Source: Blastocladiella emersonii ATCC 22665 (taxonomy: Eukaryota > Fungi > Blastocladiomycota). From it: a DNA stretch of 64,000 bases. This document shows, piece after piece, positions 59,303-64,000 of this stretch. The notes under the pieces were generated by a model. The model was not told the DNA's origin, searched no databases, and worked only from the letters and a program-made list of their open reading frames with translations. Numbering within the stretch: the first letter of the stretch is position 1; each line of letters begins with the position of its first letter. The position numbers and the translations under genes were made by a program. The stretch spans positions 1,054,001 through 1,118,000 of the forward strand of contig JANHCV010000004.1 in NCBI GenBank assembly GCA_025594325.1, read 5' to 3'.

Positions 59303-60850
59303 ATGCTCCTCACCGACCTCCCGACCGAACTCCTCGTCTCCGCGCTGTCGCGGTGCACGCACCCCGCCGATCTCACCCGCGTCCGCGCCGCCTCGCGCTC
59401 GCTGTGCGCCTGCGTCACCGCCAACGCCGACCACCTCGCGCGCGCCATCGCACACACCTGCCCGCTGTACTCGTCCATCCCGCCGCAGGCCCGGCCACGC
59501 TCCTGGCGCGAGCTGCGCGACACGCACTGCCTGCTACGCGGCCGCCCCTCGATCGTCTCGGTCGTGCACCAGGAGACGGGCGTGAGCGACGACGATGTCG
59601 CGCCGGGGCAAGGATGGTCATCACCGTCACCGGCTACCGCCGCTGGCGCAGCGGTCCCGCACTTTGTCGGCTGCAGCACCCGCTCGTACACGGACGCGGT
59701 CCAGTTCCCCGGCACCCCCGTCGTCCTGTGCTCGACGCGCCGGGCCGCGCAGGCGCTCACGGTCATGCACGTCGGCGCGGCAGCAGCTGCGGGCGGCGAT
59801 GGGACCAGCGTGATTGTCAGCGCATCGCTGCCCGCGCGCGACCAGCACACGGACCTCGTCGGGGCCATGGCGGCGCACCCGCGGCTGCCGCTCGTCGCTA
59901 CGGGCTCGCTCAACGGCAGCGTCAAGGTGTGGCGCGCCGTGCAGCGCGACAATGCGGAGTGGGCCGTCGAGTGCGTCGCCACGATGCAGCACCATGTCGG
60001 CTGGGCCGCAGCGGTCGCGTTCAGCGACGCGCTCCTCGTTTCCGCGGGACCGGATAACGAGGTCCACGTGTACGACCTCGCCGAGCTGCTCCGCGCGCGG
60101 GGCGAGCAGACGGTCGAGCCGGTGCGCTACGCGGTGCCCGTCCCCGAGGACAGCCCGTTCGGCGTGTTCGGCGTGACCGTATCGCCGAACGGCGCGACGC
60201 TGGCGGCCATGGACCTTGACGGGACCGTGTACATGTACACGCGCTGCCACGGCGAGTCGCCAACGCAGTTCAAGTTCGCCCGCGAGCTGGTCGACGCCGT
60301 CTCGATCCGCCAGTTCCGCCACTTCGAGTCCACCGTCCGCCAGACGTTCGGGTGCCTCCTGCACGCGACCGACCACGTCCTGTTCGCCAACTCGATCCAC
60401 GTCGGCCGCGTCGCCGCGTACGCGTGTGTCACGGGCGAGTTTCTGTACGCGATGCACGTCCCGACCATCACTACCACGGCTGTCGCGGCGAATGGCGGTG
60501 GGCCCGCGTACCGCTCGCGCACCGTCCACGCGTTCCGGTTCGTCGCGGCGGCGCAGTTCGTCGGGCTCGTGGCCACGACGTGTATCGGCGACCTGCACGC
60601 GTTCAACCTCGTGCCGCCGGCTGACGCGGACCTCGCGATCCAGGCGGTGCGCGCGCGCGTCGCGCCGACGGTCGCGGCTAGCACGGCGGCTGCGGATTCG
60701 CTCGATCATCAGGCGGACAGCCACGGGCAGCCAGCGGTCGCGGCGGCCGGCGTGGCCATGGTCGAGGAGGAAGGCGCTGGCGAGGCGATCGATGCGGCTG
60801 CGGCCGCGCATTTGTGGTGTGTTACGATCCCCGCGAGCGGAGCAGAATAG
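59303..60850 (+). CDS. F-box protein with degenerate WD40 repeats, intronless
   Basis: LTDLPTELLVSALSRC...LTRVRAASRSL (F-box); HTDLVGAMAAHP..VATGSLNGSVKVW and HHVGWAAAVAF..LLVSAGPDNEVHVYD (WD40). Confidence 0.85.
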   Translation: MLLTDLPTELLVSALSRCTHPADLTRVRAASRSLCACVTANADHLARAIAHTCPLYSSIPPQARPRSWRELRDTHCLLRGRPSIVSVVHQETGVSDDDVAPGQGWSSPSPATAAGAAVPHFVGCSTRSYTDAVQFPGTPVVLCSTRRAAQALTVMHVGAAAAAGGDGTSVIVSASLPARDQHTDLVGAMAAHPRLPLVATGSLNGSVKVWRAVQRDNAEWAVECVATMQHHVGWAAAVAFSDALLVSAGPDNEVHVYDLAELLRARGEQTVEPVRYAVPVPEDSPFGVFGVTVSPNGATLAAMDLDGTVYMYTRCHGESPTQFKFARELVDAVSIRQFRHFESTVRQTFGCLLHATDHVLFANSIHVGRVAAYACVTGEFLYAMHVPTITTTAVAANGGGPAYRSRTVHAFRFVAAAQFVGLVATTCIGDLHAFNLVPPADADLAIQAVRARVAPTVAASTAAADSLDHQADSHGQPAVAAAGVAMVEEEGAGEAIDAAAAAHLWCVTIPASGAE

Positions 60851-61000
60851 AATCATATCCATGTGTCTCGAAAAAGTGATCGGTGCTGAGATGGGCTGGG
60901 CAGGGAGACACGCGCGCCTCAGCGCGTCTCCCAGGACCGCGCCGCTCCCGTGGGCACTTCGCGATCCAACGTTCTCCGCTCGGAAATAGCGGAGACAAGC

Positions 61001-62253
61001 ATGAGGGAAGATTTAACCGGCAGCAGCGTGTATTGGTCGCACGTGCAACTTGATGAAAACTCGTCCGCGGCCATGTCACAACCATACGGCATCATGGCCG
61101 CCGCGGCTGCCACGGTGCAGCAGAACCCGACCACGCTGGCCGAGATCCTCGACAAGCGCGTGCTGGCCGTCGAAGCACTTGGCCTAATCGTGTCAACGAC
61201 AGTGCTCGTCGGCGCGGCGGTGCAGTGGTTCCGGCGGCGAAATCGCTTCTACCTCGGGACGATCCTCGCGGCCATCCCCATCTGCTTCGCTGACGTGTGG
61301 TACTTTGCGACCATCACGGACCAGGTGTCGACCAACTCGCACCTCGTGATCCGCGCCATCTGCATGGTGCTGTCGGCGGGCCAGATCAGCGCGCTCACGA
61401 CGATGCGGTTTGGCGGTACGCGCGCGGTTTCGCGAACGGGGCCGGTGATGGTGCTGACAGCGAGTTGCGTGTAGTGTTCCAGTCAGCGGGCCACGCGCAA
61501 TGGTTCACGAAACGCGTGTACGTCGCGGTACTCGTGCTCATCTACGGCGTGACGCTCGCGTCGACCGTGGTCCTCTGCGCGTCGTACCTGCAGCAGGCCG
61601 GCCAGCCCGCGTTCACGTCGCACCCGTGGCGGATCCCGGCGCTCGCGGCCGAGCTCATCATCACGATCGCCGCCGACCTCGTGTTCACGATCCTCTCGTT
61701 CGTCATCGTGTGGCGGATACGCGCCGAGGTGCTCAGCGCGGCGACCAAGGCGCTCGTCAAGAGCGACACGACACTCAACAACGCCAACAATGCGCATCCG
61801 CGCCACGCGATCGTCAGCACCAACATCATGAACACGCCGTCGGGCAGCAAGGACGTGCTCGCGTCGGGCGGCAGCCAGGACACGACGAGCACGCCGTCGG
61901 CGACAACGCCGGCGGCCAAGAAGGTCGGCCCCACACCGCCCTCCCGCGGCGCATCGGCGAACGACCTGGCGCAGACGTCCGGCAGCGGCTCTGCGGGCGG
62001 CGACGCGGCGCGGCGCGGGAGCAAGAAGCCGCCGCCCAAACGGCGTCGCCGCCGCCGGTTCCGCCTGGTCGCGGGGCTCACGCTCGGCGTGATCGTGGTC
62101 ATGATCCTGTCGAGCGTCGTCGGCATGGTCCTGTTCATCGCGGGCGGCGGCAACATGTTCGGCGACACGCTCGCGTCGCTGTTCTCGCGGTTCTACATTC
62201 TCGGCGCGCTCGCGCAGTGGGCGCTCGTCATTGAGATTATGCACGCGCGGTAG
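61001..62253 (+). CDS. Orphan seven-transmembrane, GPCR-like protein, 1 intron
   Basis: Seven hydrophobic segments, MRF at the end of TM3, and a long S/T/G/K-rich loop between TM5 and TM6 ending in KRRRRRRF. Confidence 0.7.
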
Positions 62254-62551
62254 GTGGTGGGGTGAGTGGATCTACATGTATAGGCTGCGCACGGTTGACG
62301 CGTCCGTGTCTCGCGTGTGAGACATCACGTGGGGCGAATTATGATCGCTCCGCCGGCCGGGACAGCCGGCGGATGAGCGGGTTTGCCACGTGCGCCTGAC
62401 GCGCGCGATCGTGAGGGTTTCGGTGTCCGGGCCCCGCCTGGGCCCACGCGCTCTGGCGGGAGGGGAGCGTTCCCAGGGGAGATCCAAGGCGCTGCCGCCC
62501 TCGCTCTCTCCCTCCCTCCTTGGCTCCGTTATACTGCAACGAATCAACACC

Positions 62552-64000
62552 ATGATGATGCTCTCGCGCACGCTGGCGCTGCGTCGCGCCACACCCGTCG
62601 CCGGGCCGGCCCTCGCGGCGGCCGCCCGCCTCGCATCCGTCCGCGGCAAGGCGACCGCCGTGTCCGAGACCCGCGCCTCCGCCTCTCCGCCGCCGCCGTC
62701 GCCTCGTGCTGCTGCCGCCGCTGCTGCTGCGTCCGCCGAGCTCGCGAGCGCGCTGCCGTACGAGTCGATCCCGCGCGTGCCCGCGTACCCGCTGGTCGGC
62801 TCGATGCCGGCGATCCTCAAGGCGGACCCGACGGGCGAGGGCAAGCAGTTCTTCATGGCGCTGACCAACCTGGCCGCCGAATACGGCCCGCTGTACCGCG
62901 TGCGGCTCCCGGGCACGCCGGGCGACACGGTCGTGGTGGCGGACCCGGACATGATCGCGCAAGTGTTCCGCGCCGACGCGCTCCTGCCGCTGCGCGCGCC
63001 GCTCCACACCTGGGTCCACTACCGCGAAAAGTACCAGTACCCGCTCGGCGTCCCCTTCACCAACGGCGAGGAGTGGCGCCGCCTCCGTACGGCCATCCAG
63101 GACCCGATCTTCAAGCCGCAGCAGGTCCAGAAGTCGTTCTGCGACGTCATCAACCCGGCGACGGCCAGGGCGGTGGACCTCGTCGACGAGCTCGTTGCGG
63201 CGGCGCCTGCCGAGGTCCGTGAGGGGAAGGAGCAGATTGCGCTCGACGACCTCGTCATGCGCTGGACCATTGACTGTACGGTTCCCTCGCTTTCTTTGGT
63301 GGTGGCTCAGCTGCCTACAACTGTGCCACCCACCTTCCTCACACGGCCAACTGACACATCGTACCGTCCCGCGTAGCCGTCTCCGAGATCATCCTCGGCC
63401 GCCCCTTCGGCAGCCTCAACGACCCGCCCAACGCCGTGGCCCTGCGCATGATCAACGCCGTCAACAGCTCGTTCGCGACCACGGGCGAGGTGCTGCGGCA
63501 GCCCGAGTGGGCGTGGAAGAACCAGCTGACCTCCTCGTCGCGCGAGCACTTCCGCGCGCTAGAGGACCTGACGTCGCTCGCGGGCGAGCTCATGCAGACC
63601 ACCTTCACCGAGTGCGCGCGCGACCCGGCCAAGCTCAAGGGCACCTTCCTCGGCTACCTGCTCAGCAAGGACAAGGAGCTGTCGCGCCAGGAGATGCTGT
63701 CGACGTGCATCGACCTGCTGTTCGCCGGCATCGACACCACGGCGCGCTCCACGCTCTTCTGCCTCAACCTCCTCGGCCGCAACCCCGACGCTCAGCAGAA
63801 GCTGCGCGACGAGCTCCTGCGCGTCGTCGGGCCCGCGGGAACCCCCGTCTCGCCCGAGCACCTCAACCAGCTCAAGTACATGCGCAACGTCATCAAGGAG
63901 ACCATGCGCATCTACCCGGTCGCGCCTATCAACTCGCGCACGCTCGGCCGCGACACGAACATCGGCGGGTTCCGCGTCCCCGCCGGCACCCAGACCCAGC
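62552..64000 (+). CDS. Cytochrome P450, mitochondrial-clan-like, 5' part (intron about 63276-63376); runs off the window
   Basis: C-helix GEEWRRLR, I-helix DLLFAGIDTT, K-helix IKETMRIYP. Arg/Ala-rich presequence in place of a TM anchor. Confidence 0.93.

Noticed and set aside
61001-62253. 7TM gene as a rhodopsin
   Set aside because: No Schiff-base lysine in TM7 and no opsin motifs.
9101-64000. Many long antisense or alternative-frame ORFs (for example 15261..16994 -, 40290..42032 +, 42203..44668 +, 53672..55195 +)
   Set aside because: Shadows of GC3-rich real genes: Arg/Ala/Gly-rich, no domains, fully overlapping recognisable CDSs.
1-64000. tRNA, rRNA, transposase, reverse transcriptase or integrase genes
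   Set aside because: None recognised in the sequence or the ORF track.

Overview
Gene-dense, GC-rich eukaryotic DNA with short GT-AG introns (about 55-70 nt, GTACG/GTGCG donors, CTRAC branch points). The gene set is fungal but keeps several genes usually thought of as animal-type (DONSON, BABAM1/MERIT40, a mitochondrial-clan-like P450). I infer an early-diverging zoosporic fungus, probably Blastocladiomycota; this is not proven. About 25 core genes are present, including SLX1, an Sds3-like protein, MAEA/FYV10, DONSON, RRP15, NDUFA12, ELC1, a BYE1/DIDO-like protein, a cyclophilin, a Slm1-like protein, an AVT2-like transporter, NOB1, BABAM1, a bHLH factor, MDE1, MIX17, PEX13, SDH2, cysteine synthase, an F-box/WD40 protein, a 7TM protein and a CYP. 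Three visibly less GC-rich accessory islands interrupt them. (i) About 0.7-8.9 kb: a four-copy tandem array of intronless LRR genes, alternating pseudogene and intact. (ii) About 19.8-22.7 kb: a gene-free stretch carrying three in-register copies of a 93-nt long hairpin with compensatory base changes and a conserved loop. (iii) About 28.7-34.0 kb: two F-box-like orphan genes that share a 5' motif with the LRR genes. The best novelty candidates are the hairpin triplet, the mitochondrial-clan-like P450, the shared 5' cassette of accessory genes and a recurrent ACGMATCRACAC element upstream of start codons. All exon boundaries and protein family calls were made by eye.
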